Source: an uncultured Actinomycetes bacterium (lineage in GTDB: Bacteria; Actinomycetota; UBA4738; HRBIN12). From it: DNA of 64,000 nt. The stretch is taken from positions 922,262-986,261 of the forward strand of contig CAVPIB010000001.1 of assembly GCA_963704885.1 (NCBI GenBank). The letters run 5' to 3'. Below, in pieces: positions 17,680 to 26,581 of this stretch. Numbering within the stretch: position 1 is the first letter of the stretch; each line of letters begins with the position of its first letter. The notes under the pieces were generated by a model. The model did not search any database, was not told the origin of the DNA, and saw only the letters and a program-made list of their open reading frames with translations. A program made the translations under genes and the position numbers.

Positions 17680-18345
17680 CTACTCGACGCTGCCGGGGGT
17701 GGTGGTGTGGCGGGCCAGGTAGGCGGCGGCCTCCGCTCGACGCGCGACCTCCAGCTTGGACAGGATGCTGGAGACGTAGTTCTTGACGGTCTTCTCGGCC
17801 AGGTTCAGCTCATCGCCGATCTCGCGATTCGTGCGTCCGCCGGCCACCAACGTGAGGATCCTCTCTTCTTGCGGTGACAGGCGGGCCAGCTTCTCGTCCT
17901 TCATCAGGTGCTTCCCTTTGCGGAGACGATCGAGCACCGCGCTCGTGACCGCCGGGTCCAGCAGGCTCTCGCCGGCGCCCACGGCACGGATCGCGCGAAG
18001 GAGATCGTCGGATCGCACCTGCTTCAAGACGTAACCCGATGCGCCGGCCATGATCGAGGCGAACAACGCCTCGTCATCGGCGAACGACGTCAGCATGAGC
18101 ACCTGCGTCTTGGGATGTTTCGCGCGGATCTCACGCGTCGCCTCGATGCCGCTCCCGTCGATCAGCCGGACGTCCATCACGACGACGTCGGGGCGGGTGC
18201 GGTCGGCCTCGTCGATCGCCTCTTGCACCGAGCCTGCCTCGGCGGTCACGACCACGTCGTCCTGCGGCTGGAGCATGGCCCGGATGCCATCGCGCACGAT
18301 CTGGTGGTCATCGACGAGCATGACGCGGAGCGGCGGCTGGGCCAT
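17680..18345 (-). CDS. NarL/LuxR-family response regulator, DosR/DevR-like
   Basis: 221 aa. REC domain (LVDDHQIVRDGI...DVVVMDVRL) plus LuxR HTH. It shares AEAGSVQEA and LAEKTVKNYVSSILSKL with M. tuberculosis DosR (GEAGSVAEA, LAEKTVKNYVSRLLAKL). Confidence 0.85.
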   Translation of the reverse strand: MAQPPLRVMLVDDHQIVRDGIRAMLQPQDDVVVTAEAGSVQEAIDEADRTRPDVVVMDVRLIDGSGIEATREIRAKHPKTQVLMLTSFADDEALFASIMAGASGYVLKQVRSDDLLRAIRAVGAGESLLDPAVTSAVLDRLRKGKHLMKDEKLARLSPQEERILTLVAGGRTNREIGDELNLAEKTVKNYVSSILSKLEVARRAEAAAYLARHTTTPGSVE

Positions 18346-18354
18346 CCACGGATG

Positions 18355-18843
18355 CTACTCGTCTGAAACGGAGATGCTCCGATCGGCGGACGCCTCCGCC
18401 ATCAGCGCCTCGCCGACCCCATCCAGGAAGTCCTTCAGGGTCGCCTCGGCCACGCGGAACATGATCGCTCGGTCTATCACCCGGCCGAGCGAGCCCAACG
18501 GCGGCACGTAGCGGGCGCTCATGGCCAGCTGGGTCCGGTGGGGGCCGAGCGGCGCCACCTCGAGATCTGCCTCCAGGGACGGGAACAAGCCCGCCGCGCC
18601 GGTCGCCGTCCACTTCAAGGGTACGACGGTCTTGGCGGTCATCCGCACGGGGGATCCGAACTCGATCGCCACCTGGCGGGCCACTCGAACGTCGTCGCCG
18701 AACCCCACCTGGGCCAGGAGCGCGTCTCCTCTTCGATTGGCGGCGCTGGCCAGACCCGGAACCCAGTCCTGCGGCGCCGACGTCAGGGCGCGTTCGACCT
18801 GGGCAGGCTCCATAGGCAGTTCCACGAAGTACCTGGCGAACAT
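18355..18843 (-). CDS. Hypothetical protein (possibly SRPBCC-like)
   Basis: 162 aa, no signal peptide. The ORF is 9 nt downstream of the response regulator on the same strand. Confidence 0.4.
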   Translation of the reverse strand: MFARYFVELPMEPAQVERALTSAPQDWVPGLASAANRRGDALLAQVGFGDDVRVARQVAIEFGSPVRMTAKTVVPLKWTATGAAGLFPSLEADLEVAPLGPHRTQLAMSARYVPPLGSLGRVIDRAIMFRVAEATLKDFLDGVGEALMAEASADRSISVSDE

Positions 18844-18990
18844 AGTTGAAGTGTCTCCATCTAGGCCTAGGGTCCAGAGGGGCGGGGGGCCCGAAGGACA
18901 AGGGACCTACGGCACCCTGGGCAGGATCCGGCGCCCCACACACTCGGGCCCATGTGCTCGTCATGTTCTTTCATCGGAAGGGGTAGAGGC

Positions 18991-20385
18991 ATGATGCAAG
19001 GTCATATCCGCAAGGGGGCGGTGATCGCTGCATTGAGCGCCGCAGCGCTGGTTGCAACGGCTTGCACCGGCGGCGACGGCGCGAGCGGCGGCGCCAGCGA
19101 TCAGGCCGCCGTGGCTCCTGCCACGGTCGAGGTCATGCTTGCAGACTTCACGATCACCCCGGTCGCGATCTCGGTGCCGGCGGACCAGCCGGTTCAGTTC
19201 GCGATCATGAACCACGGTCTGGCCCCGCACACGTTCGCGGTGGTGGTGGGTGATCAGACCTACGAATCCGATCTGATCGATCCGAGCGGGCAGGGGACGT
19301 TGGATGTGCCTGCGCTCGAAACTGGCGCCTACGAGGCGTACTGCACGGTGGCAGGGCACAAGGACCTCGGCATGGTGGGCACCGTCAACGCCGGGGTGGA
19401 GGCGAACGGGGACGGGACCGACGCGACCGATGGCGGGACCATGTCGTCGGCCGGGATGACCGCTCAAGAGATGGCCGACATGCACGAGGTCGGCGTCCAG
19501 GCGTTCCTGGCTGGCAAAGAGACCTCCACACGGGGCAACCAACCTCTCGAACCGGTGATGGATGGCACCACGAAGGTGTTCGACATGACGGCGCAGAGCA
19601 TCCAGTGGGAAGTATCGAAGGGCGAGTTCGTTGACGCCATGGCGTTCAACGGACAGGTCCCCGGACCGGAGATCTCGGTCGGCTACGGTGACCACATCCG
19701 GATCGTGCTGCAGAACCAGCTGGATCAACCAACCACGTTGCACTTCCACGGGATGACCGTGCCGAACGCCCAGGACGGCGTCCCTTACGTCACGCAGGAC
19801 GCCATCATGCCGGGGGAGTCATGGACGTATGAGTTCACCGTCAAGGATCCGCCCGGCATGTACGTCTATCACTCGCACTTCAACTCCACCGAGCAGGTTG
19901 GGGGCGGGCTCTACGGCGCGCTCATGGTGCAGCCCGAAGGGGGGGCGTGGCCCTACCGCGGCGCGACGATCGACGATAGGACCGGCGCCATGACGTTCGG
20001 TGCTCCCGTCGCCGTCGACCTCGAGGAGACACTCTTCGTGGGTGACGGACCGCTCGGGTACGTCTTGAACGGCAAATCGTTCCCGGCCACGACGCCCATC
20101 GTCGCGAAGCGGGGCGACTGGGTCCTGATCCACATGGCCAACGACGGCGCCATGCTGCACCCGATGCACCTGCACGGCTATCACTTCCAGGTCGTCGCGC
20201 AAGACGGGTTCCCACTGGAGAATCCTTACATGGCGGACACCCTGGTGATCGCCCCGGGCCAGCGGTTCGACGCGCTGGTTCATGCCGTCTACCCGGGTGC
20301 CTGGGCGTTCCACTGCCACATCCTGCCCCACGTCGAGGGTCCGGATGGGATGTTCGGGATGGTGACGGCATTGGTCGTGCAGTGA
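18991..20385 (+). CDS. Lipoprotein multicopper oxidase: N-terminal cupredoxin domain fused to a two-domain MCO
   Basis: Start ATG at 18991 with RBS ggaaggggtagagg. Lipobox LVATAC. An N-terminal blue-copper site (H...YEAYCTVAGHKDLGM), then four His-pair motifs: LHFHGMT, YVYHSHF, HPMHLHGYHF and WAFHCHILPHVEGPDGMFGM. The portion after the cupredoxin domain is about 330 aa, consistent with a SLAC-like two-domain MCO. Confidence 0.8.
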   Translation: MMQGHIRKGAVIAALSAAALVATACTGGDGASGGASDQAAVAPATVEVMLADFTITPVAISVPADQPVQFAIMNHGLAPHTFAVVVGDQTYESDLIDPSGQGTLDVPALETGAYEAYCTVAGHKDLGMVGTVNAGVEANGDGTDATDGGTMSSAGMTAQEMADMHEVGVQAFLAGKETSTRGNQPLEPVMDGTTKVFDMTAQSIQWEVSKGEFVDAMAFNGQVPGPEISVGYGDHIRIVLQNQLDQPTTLHFHGMTVPNAQDGVPYVTQDAIMPGESWTYEFTVKDPPGMYVYHSHFNSTEQVGGGLYGALMVQPEGGAWPYRGATIDDRTGAMTFGAPVAVDLEETLFVGDGPLGYVLNGKSFPATTPIVAKRGDWVLIHMANDGAMLHPMHLHGYHFQVVAQDGFPLENPYMADTLVIAPGQRFDALVHAVYPGAWAFHCHILPHVEGPDGMFGMVTALVVQ

Positions 20386-20387
20386 TC

Positions 20388-20406
20388 TAGTCTGAGACAG
20401 ACTAGT
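20388..20406. terminator. Hairpin between convergent MCO and GAF-kinase genes
   Basis: ctagtctg-aga-cagactag is a perfect 8-bp inverted repeat immediately after the MCO stop. Confidence 0.45.
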
Positions 20407-20413
20407 ACAGCGC

Positions 20414-21556
20414 CTATAACGGGAGGAGCGCTCGGACGGCGGTGCCTTCGCCTGATCGGCTCTGGATCTCGAAGGATCCGCCGAGCGTCTCGACGCGATC
20501 GGCGAGGTTGGGCAGGCCCATGCCGGTGGACACCCCTCCCGGTTCGAAGCCACGACCATCGTCATCGATCTCAAGTACGGCTCCGTCGGAGCGGCGACGT
20601 AGCGACACCCGACATGTGGTGGCTTCGGCGTGACGCCCGACGTTGGACAGGGCCTCGCGTGTCAGCTGCACCACGTCCGATGCCATCGAGGACAGCTCAG
20701 CCGCCACCGTCGGGTCGATCTCGACCACGGTGATCACACCGGAGCGACTCTCGAACTCCGCTCCCAGCTGACGAAGAGCCTGGTCCAGCTGACGGTCGGC
20801 CAGGATCCCCGGCCGCAGTCCGAAGATGTAGTTGCGGAGATCACGGATGGCTCTGTCGATATCGTCGACGGCGCCCTCGATCCGAGAGGCCACTCCATCG
20901 TCGGCTGCCGCAGCCGCGACCCCTTGTAGGTTCATGCCGACGGCGAATAGCGACTGGATCACGCCGTCGTGGAGCTCCTTCGCGATCCTCTCGCGTTCGT
21001 CTAGGACCTCCAGGCGGCGGAGCTCGCTCTGTGCGTGCTGGGTCTCCTCGTAGAGCCGGGCGTTCTCGATCGCAACGCCCGCCTGGGTCGCGAGCACCTC
21101 GAGCGTCTGCTGGTCCTCGTCGGTGAACGCCGTCGCAGCTCGCTTCTCGGTCAGGTACAGATTGCCGAAGATCTTGCCGCGGGCGATCAGCGGGGCACCC
21201 AGCAGGGAGCGCATCGGTGGGTGGTTGGGTGGGAAGCCGACCGCGCGACGGTCCGCGGCTATGTCGTCGATCCGAAGCGTCCGTCCCTCGGCGACCAGCA
21301 GGCCCAGCAGCCCGTGACCTGTCGGGGGGTCTCCGATCGCCGCGCGCTCCTGCGGCGTAACCCCTTCGGTGATGAAACGCTCGATCCGGCCGTCGTCGCC
21401 CAAGACACTGAGCGCCGCGTATCGAGCGTCCGTTATCTCAACCGCGAGCTCCACGATCCGCGCCAAGACGGAGTCGAGGGACAGCTCCGAGGTGAGCGCC
21501 AGACCGGCCTGGATGAGGAGATCGGCGCGGTCTCGATCGACGACAGGCTCGGGCAC
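20414..21556 (-). CDS. GAF-domain sensor histidine kinase (HisKA_3 type), DevS/DosT-like
   Basis: 380 aa. N-terminal GAF domain, then an H-box (ERERIAKELHDGVIQSLFAV) typical of HisKA_3, then a C-terminal HATPase region (LSNVGRHAEA...EIDDDGRGF...GMGLPNLADRVETLGG). Confidence 0.85.
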   Translation of the reverse strand: MPEPVVDRDRADLLIQAGLALTSELSLDSVLARIVELAVEITDARYAALSVLGDDGRIERFITEGVTPQERAAIGDPPTGHGLLGLLVAEGRTLRIDDIAADRRAVGFPPNHPPMRSLLGAPLIARGKIFGNLYLTEKRAATAFTDEDQQTLEVLATQAGVAIENARLYEETQHAQSELRRLEVLDERERIAKELHDGVIQSLFAVGMNLQGVAAAAADDGVASRIEGAVDDIDRAIRDLRNYIFGLRPGILADRQLDQALRQLGAEFESRSGVITVVEIDPTVAAELSSMASDVVQLTREALSNVGRHAEATTCRVSLRRRSDGAVLEIDDDGRGFEPGGVSTGMGLPNLADRVETLGGSFEIQSRSGEGTAVRALLPL

Positions 21557-21745
21557 ACCCAGAGCCTAACGCGACGAGGGCAGGGGTCTCGCTCCCGATA
21601 GCGTCGCGTTCCTCTCACCTTATGGGGTGCGGGTGCTCCGGGGCCAGGGCCGTTGGTCCGGCAGGCATCGGGACCCCGGTGCCGTGAAGCGGCCGAGTGG
21701 AGGCGTACGGTGAAGGTGCCATCACCGCGAGGGGAGGTGACCACG

Positions 21746-22204
21746 ATGGTCGGCTACTGGGACGAGATGTTCGCGTTGGAGCGCCGCGTCGATGAGTTGA
21801 TGCGGTCCTTCCTTGGTGCCCGGATATCCCCGACCCTCAAGACGTTCAGGCCCACGACGGACGTGTTCGATCGCGAGGGCGATCTGGTGATCCGGGTCGA
21901 GCTGCCGGGGGTCGATGCGACCAAGGACGTGAAGGTGAGCGTCGAGGAAGGTGCCCTGGTTATCGCCGGAGAGAGGCGTCAGCACGGCGAGATCCGGGAT
22001 GATGCCTACTACCGGATGGAAACGTCTTACGGCACATTCACCCGGCGGGTTCCACTGCCGGAGGGTGTCGACGAAGACACGATCACGGCCGAGTACAAGG
22101 ACGGCGTGCTCGAGGTCGTCGTGCCGAAGGCGGCAGCGCGGATCGAGGCTCCTGAGATGAAGGAGATCCCGGTCCGCACCGCGAAGGCTGTCAAGGCAGC
22201 CTAG
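21746..22204 (+). CDS. Hsp20/alpha-crystallin family chaperone
   Basis: 152 aa with strong RBS gaggggaggtga. Alpha-crystallin domain (PTTDVFDREGDLVIRVELPGV...AEYKDGVLEVVVPK). Confidence 0.85.
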   Translation: MVGYWDEMFALERRVDELMRSFLGARISPTLKTFRPTTDVFDREGDLVIRVELPGVDATKDVKVSVEEGALVIAGERRQHGEIRDDAYYRMETSYGTFTRRVPLPEGVDEDTITAEYKDGVLEVVVPKAAARIEAPEMKEIPVRTAKAVKAA

Positions 22205-22281
22205 GAACGCCTCGCATCGTGCGGCCCGGCTCGCCGGTGGCGGCCGGACCGCACGACCGGCGTGAGAGGGAGGTGCGGGAG

Positions 22282-22962
22282 ATGTCACGGACGGTCGGAG
22301 ACCTGATGACCAAGAGCGTGGTGACGGTCCGCGAGGACTCCACCTTCCGCGAGTTGGTCGAGTTGATGCACAAGTGCCGAGTGAGCGCGCTACCGGTGGT
22401 TGATGCCAGCGGGGCGGTCCTGGGCGTCGTCTCCGAAGCCGATCTTCTGGTGAAGGAGGACCCCGACGTATTGGTCCCGCGCTTCTTCGACCGCCGGGTC
22501 CGCCGGATCGAGCGCGGGAAAGCGACCGCCGTCATGGCTCGCGACCTCATGACCGCGCCTGCGGTCACGGTGCCCGAGGATGCAAGCGTGCCCGATGCTG
22601 CACACATGATGCGCAGACGGGGAGTCAAGCGGCTCTTCGTGACCGACGCGGCCGGAAAGGTCGTGGGCGTGGTGTCGCGCGCCGATCTGTTGCTCGCCTT
22701 CCTGCGTCCCGACGCGGATATCGCCGGCGACGTGGAGGAGCTCCTGCGTCACGACGCGTCTGTCGTTCCGGGGACCTTCAAGGTCTACGTCGAAGACGGC
22801 GTCGTGCACGTCGAGGGGAAGGTCGAGCAGCGCACAGCCGAGGCCGAGCTCGCGGCCGAGATCCGCGCGATCGAGGGCGTCGTTAGCGTCGACGCTCACG
22901 TGACCTGGGATCTGGACGACACCGTCGGAGCCGGCTTCGGGCCGGGGTGGATGGGAGTCTGA
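22282..22962 (+). CDS. CBS-pair plus BON domain protein
   Basis: 226 aa with RBS gagggaggtg. Two CBS motifs (LMTKSVVTVREDSTF...; LMTAPAVTVPEDASV...) and a C-terminal BON-like segment (VYVEDGVVHVEGKVEQRTAEAELAAEIRAIEGVVSV). Similar in type to the mycobacterial hypoxic response protein. Confidence 0.8.
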   Translation: MSRTVGDLMTKSVVTVREDSTFRELVELMHKCRVSALPVVDASGAVLGVVSEADLLVKEDPDVLVPRFFDRRVRRIERGKATAVMARDLMTAPAVTVPEDASVPDAAHMMRRRGVKRLFVTDAAGKVVGVVSRADLLLAFLRPDADIAGDVEELLRHDASVVPGTFKVYVEDGVVHVEGKVEQRTAEAELAAEIRAIEGVVSVDAHVTWDLDDTVGAGFGPGWMGV

Positions 22963-23663
22963 GAGCCCGTCAGCCCACCGGCGCGCTGGACCGACGGAGA
23001 TGACTCCGGTTCCTTCGTGCCTTCCGCGCGCTCCGGTCTGGGCGGGCGGTACCCGAACGTGAGGCCTCGAACTATCACCAGGAACAACGTGATGAGTCCC
23101 GTCACCACGTAGACGGCGAACATCCACGGACTCGACGAGTCGGAGCCGGCGAAGACCCCGTGGGCGAGCGCCAGGGTGAAGGTCGGGACGGACAGCAGGT
23201 GGATCGCGCGCCAGGCCTTGGTACCCAACCGTTTACGAGCCCACGAGGACGCGAGGATCACGACCATGCCGTACATCGCCGCGATCCCCAGGGCGACGGC
23301 GAAGGGTCGATAGCTGGTGCGCATCGGCACCAAGAGGTCGATCGCGCCGAACGGCATGAACGTGTCGACGAGCAGGCCGCCCAGGTGGATCAGGAGCAGG
23401 GCCAGCCCGGCGCTCGCCACCACGCCGTGAAACAGCGTCGAGGTCACCTTGGATACCCGCTTCGTGACCAGCGACGTCGAGGCGATCAGCCCCCACGTCA
23501 CCGCGAGCCACAGCGCTACGTACGAGCCGATGCCCGCGGCTCGGAGGAGGACCCAGTTCGTCAAGCTGCCTCCACCGAGAAGTTCGTCCTGAGCTCGCCG
23601 TCGGCCGTCGCTATCGCGCCGGTGATCGTCGCGAGCGCCGAAGGCCCGGTCAGCAGTGCCCAT
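22896..23663 (-). CDS. Ferric-reductase-like transmembrane (bis-heme) protein
   Basis: Five to six TM helices carrying FHGVVASAGLALLLIH (H-x13-H) and AIHLLSVPTFTLALAH (H-x12-H), the classical FRD heme-ligand spacing. The track start at 23663 overlaps the ApbE 3' end by about 100 nt, so the true start is probably internal, near residue 35. Confidence 0.6.
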   Translation of the reverse strand: MGTADRAFGARDDHRRDSDGRRRAQDELLGGGSLTNWVLLRAAGIGSYVALWLAVTWGLIASTSLVTKRVSKVTSTLFHGVVASAGLALLLIHLGGLLVDTFMPFGAIDLLVPMRTSYRPFAVALGIAAMYGMVVILASSWARKRLGTKAWRAIHLLSVPTFTLALAHGVFAGSDSSSPWMFAVYVVTGLITLFLVIVRGLTFGYRPPRPERAEGTKEPESSPSVQRAGGLTGSQTPIHPGPKPAPTVSSRSQVT

Positions 23664-24442
23664 TTGGCCCAGACCTCGGCCTCAGCGCAGGTGGGCGCCC
23701 ATACCGTGGCCTGCAGCACGTGAGCATCCGAGGGGAGCCCCGTTCGAGGATCGATCAGGTGATGTAGATCCGGGCCCCATGCCCTCTTCGTGATCGACGA
23801 CGACGCGAGAGCCCCTGCCCGCAGGAGGACGCGAGCGACCTCGACCTCGCGGTTGACCGGATCCTCGATGACCACTTCGCCCCCCGGCGCGTCACCGGCC
23901 ATCCGGAGGTCGCCTCCTGCGCTGATGAACGTCCAGGGGAGCCCAGTCCGCAGCGCGGCGTCCACCGCCAGATCCACCGTCCATCCCTTCGCCACACCTC
24001 CGAGGTCCAGGCCGACACCGGCCGGCAGCCGCAGCGCTCCGGGGCGGACCTCGATCTCGGCCCATCGACCGCACGGACGCGGAGGTCGCAGCGCTCCGCG
24101 GGCACCGGCCAGCACCTCGTCGAGGTCCCGGTCGTATCCTGCGGCGACCACCGCGTCCAACGCCGCGGGATCGAACAACCCCCCGGTTCGCTCCGCTTGT
24201 TCGAGAGCGAACCGCACCAGACCCTCGAACCCGTGGGAGACCGCGGTCCATCGGCCCGCCGCCGCGTTCACCGATGAGATCTCGCTGTCGCCGCGGAACC
24301 GCGAGAAACGTCGCTCCTGCGAGTGGAAGACCGAGCGGATCTGCGACAGGGCATCCACCCGCTGGCGGAGGTCGGACGTCGAGGGCGTGATGACGAGCAC
24401 CTCCGTGCCCATGGCCCGGAACCGATGGTGTAGGCCTTCCAT
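23561..24442 (-). CDS. apbE: FAD:protein FMN transferase (ApbE family)
   Basis: The likely start is MEGLHHRFRAMGTEV (minus-strand ATG at about 24442). ApbE hallmark regions present (GVAKGWTVD, ISAGGDL, KRAWGPDLHHLIDPRTG). No obvious signal peptide from that start. Confidence 0.75.
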   Translation of the reverse strand: MEGLHHRFRAMGTEVLVITPSTSDLRQRVDALSQIRSVFHSQERRFSRFRGDSEISSVNAAAGRWTAVSHGFEGLVRFALEQAERTGGLFDPAALDAVVAAGYDRDLDEVLAGARGALRPPRPCGRWAEIEVRPGALRLPAGVGLDLGGVAKGWTVDLAVDAALRTGLPWTFISAGGDLRMAGDAPGGEVVIEDPVNREVEVARVLLRAGALASSSITKRAWGPDLHHLIDPRTGLPSDAHVLQATVWAPTCAEAEVWAKWALLTGPSALATITGAIATADGELRTNFSVEAA

Positions 24443-24762
24443 CACGAGCCGCCGGTGGTGGGCGGAGGCGGGGGAGCGGGCGCCGGGCCGCCCGTTGGGG
24501 GAGCCGAGGCCGCACCTCCGGTCGATATCACCTGCACGGGAGCCGGCCCGGCCGGATCCACGATCACGACCTTCTTGATGATGCGCCGGACGATGATCTT
24601 CTGGCGGACCGGCCGGTCCGCGGTGCCTCGGGTGGCCGCCGCCGGCGTGGGAGCGGCGCCGATGGCACCGATCGCCGATATGAACGCCGCACCGGCCGTC
24701 GTCCAAGCCGCGGTTCGAACGAGACGCTTCGACCACCGGCGCTTGGGTGAACGATCAGTCAT
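24442..24762 (-). CDS. Small secreted Pro-rich protein (hypothetical)
   Basis: About 106 aa. Signal-like N-terminus (LVRTAAWTTAGAAFISAIGAIGAAP), a basic beta-strand-like block (KIIVRRIIKKVVIV), and a Pro/Gly-rich tail. It overlaps the upstream gene by 8 nt, consistent with an operon. Confidence 0.4.
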   Translation of the reverse strand: MTDRSPKRRWSKRLVRTAAWTTAGAAFISAIGAIGAAPTPAAATRGTADRPVRQKIIVRRIIKKVVIVDPAGPAPVQVISTGGAASAPPTGGPAPAPPPPPTTGGS

Positions 24763-25150
24763 CTTCGCTCTCGTGCTGCTCCTCGTCGTGGTCGTCCTGC
24801 TCCTCGTGATCGTCACCCTCCTGCCCCTCGTTCTCGTGATCTTCGCCCTCGTCGTCGTCGTACATGCCGTCGTCAGAGCCGCTCTGCTCCGCGGCGGAAG
24901 GAACACCGGACGACGACGATGTGCTTGGTGCCTGCGAGTACACGATCCGCGGGGCGAGGGCGGGGGCCTGCCGGTGCACGACCACCCTCTTGGTGTGGGT
25001 GCGGACGATGGGCTCGGGCCGCGAGGCCCGCTCGCCCGCGTTCGCCACACTCACGCCGGGTCCGGTGAGACCACGCGAGTACGCGAACCCTCCTAGGGCG
25101 AGCACCGCCACCAGTCCCGCCGCAACGACCGCTGCCGAGCGCTTGTTCAT
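24755..25150 (-). CDS. Secreted protein with Asp/Glu/His-rich C-terminal tail (hypothetical)
   Basis: 131 aa. Signal peptide (AAVVAAGLVAVLALGGFAYS), a basic block (KRVVVHRQAP) resembling the one in the downstream protein, then a roughly 45-aa tail DDGMYDDDEGEDHENEGQEGDDHEEQDDHDEEQHESEDD. Confidence 0.5.
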   Translation of the reverse strand: MNKRSAAVVAAGLVAVLALGGFAYSRGLTGPGVSVANAGERASRPEPIVRTHTKRVVVHRQAPALAPRIVYSQAPSTSSSSGVPSAAEQSGSDDGMYDDDEGEDHENEGQEGDDHEEQDDHDEEQHESEDD

Positions 25151-25302
25151 GGCCTTCCTCCTCCTGGTTGGTTCATGGGGACACCGTAGGAGGGTCTCGG
25201 CCAGCGGTCGGGCAAAGCTCGCTTAAGGTACGGATAAGCCTGATCGGAGCGGCCCGCCGGCTCTATGCTTGGCCCCGCCATCCCGGCGAGGAGTTCAACA
25301 CG

Positions 25303-25716
25303 ATGTTCCAACGGATCCTGGTTGCGGTCGACGGTTCCCCGCACAGCAGCAAGACCATCCCTGTTGCCGCCGATCTGGCGGCACGCTACGGCGCCACCGT
25401 GACGGTGGTGCACGTCCGTGAGCACGAGCGCTACGAGGGGCAGGACGTCGACCTGGGCCCCCCGCAGGACGCGGAGTCCCTGGTCGAGGCCACCCTGCAG
25501 CGCTTCCGTGACGCGGGCGTCTCGGTGGCCGGTGAGATCCGCCGCGTCACTCCGGGCAACACGCCCAAGGAGATCGTCGAGGTGGCGAACGATACCGGCG
25601 CCGAGCTCATCGTGATGGGGACACGGGGGATGACCGAGTGGAAGAGCCTGGTGCTGGGGGGCGTCGCGAACAAGGTCGTGCAGCACGCCGGCTGCCCCGT
25701 CCTGCTGGTCCGCTGA
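25303..25716 (+). CDS. Universal stress protein (UspA family)
   Basis: 137 aa (ILVAVDGSPHSSK...VVHV...LIVMGTRGMTEWKSLVLGGVANKVVQHAGCPVLLV), a canonical USP ATP-binding-type fold. Confidence 0.85.
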   Translation: MFQRILVAVDGSPHSSKTIPVAADLAARYGATVTVVHVREHERYEGQDVDLGPPQDAESLVEATLQRFRDAGVSVAGEIRRVTPGNTPKEIVEVANDTGAELIVMGTRGMTEWKSLVLGGVANKVVQHAGCPVLLVR

Positions 25717-25735
25717 GTTCCGCGCTATCCGAACG

Positions 25736-26581
25736 TCATGAGCCGGCGGATCGCTCTGGCGCGACCTGCGCCGCCAGGCGGCGATCGGCGGTCGAGAGGA
25801 TCTGCTCCAGGTCGCTCGGGTGCTCGGGGTCGTACAAGGCGCTCCCCACCGATAGCGAGAGAGAGCGCGGGTGATCCGATCGCGCGTCGTGCACGGCGAT
25901 CGCCTCCACCAGGCGGGAGAGAACCGTAGCCTCGGCGCCGCGCGCCTCTCCGGTGAGCAGCACGCAGAACGTTCCGGGCGTGATCCGCGCCGGCACGTCC
26001 GCGTCGCGAACGGCCTCCAGGAGCACGGAGGCGGCGTCGCGCGCGACGTCCGCGGCATCCCCGGTCGGTGCCGCCTGGTCGAGACCTTCCAGCCGCACGA
26101 ACAGGAACACGACCGGGGTCTTCGCTCGCTCGGCCATCCGGAGGTGATGCTCGGCGATCGGCGCGAAGCCGCGGAGGTTGGGCAGGCCGGTTTCGTCGTC
26201 CTGCGTCGCCAGCTCCCGCCGGAGTCGACGGAGTCCCACGGCGTACCGGATGGCACGGGGCAGCAGGCCGTGAGGGATGGCGCCTCGCACCAGGTGGTCG
26301 TCGGCGCCGGCGTGCAACGCCACGGTCCCGTCGGTGGCGTTCGCCAGGTCCGTGATCACGATCACCGCCGCGTCGGGTGCGTGGGCGCGGAGACCTCCAA
26401 GCGTCTCGAGCGGGGAGTCGCCGGTGAGCGACAGGACCACGGCGTCGACGTCGGCCGAGAGGATCTCGTCGCCGAGCCGCTCCGCGCGATCCACGGTGAA
26501 CCCCTCCTCCTGAGCGAGCTCAAGGCGTAGGTCCTCGTCGCCGTCGCCCACCAGCAGGATCCAGATCGGGTCGTTGGCCAT
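25736..26581 (-). CDS. Response-regulator receiver fused to degenerate GGDEF domain
   Basis: 281 aa. N-terminal REC-like region (WILLVGDGDE...DAVVL), then a GGDEF-family fold (GLPNLRGF...VFLFVRLEGLD). The signature motif position reads RITPGTF, not GG[DE]EF, so the cyclase is probably inactive. Confidence 0.65.
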   Translation of the reverse strand: MANDPIWILLVGDGDEDLRLELAQEEGFTVDRAERLGDEILSADVDAVVLSLTGDSPLETLGGLRAHAPDAAVIVITDLANATDGTVALHAGADDHLVRGAIPHGLLPRAIRYAVGLRRLRRELATQDDETGLPNLRGFAPIAEHHLRMAERAKTPVVFLFVRLEGLDQAAPTGDAADVARDAASVLLEAVRDADVPARITPGTFCVLLTGEARGAEATVLSRLVEAIAVHDARSDHPRSLSLSVGSALYDPEHPSDLEQILSTADRRLAAQVAPERSAGS

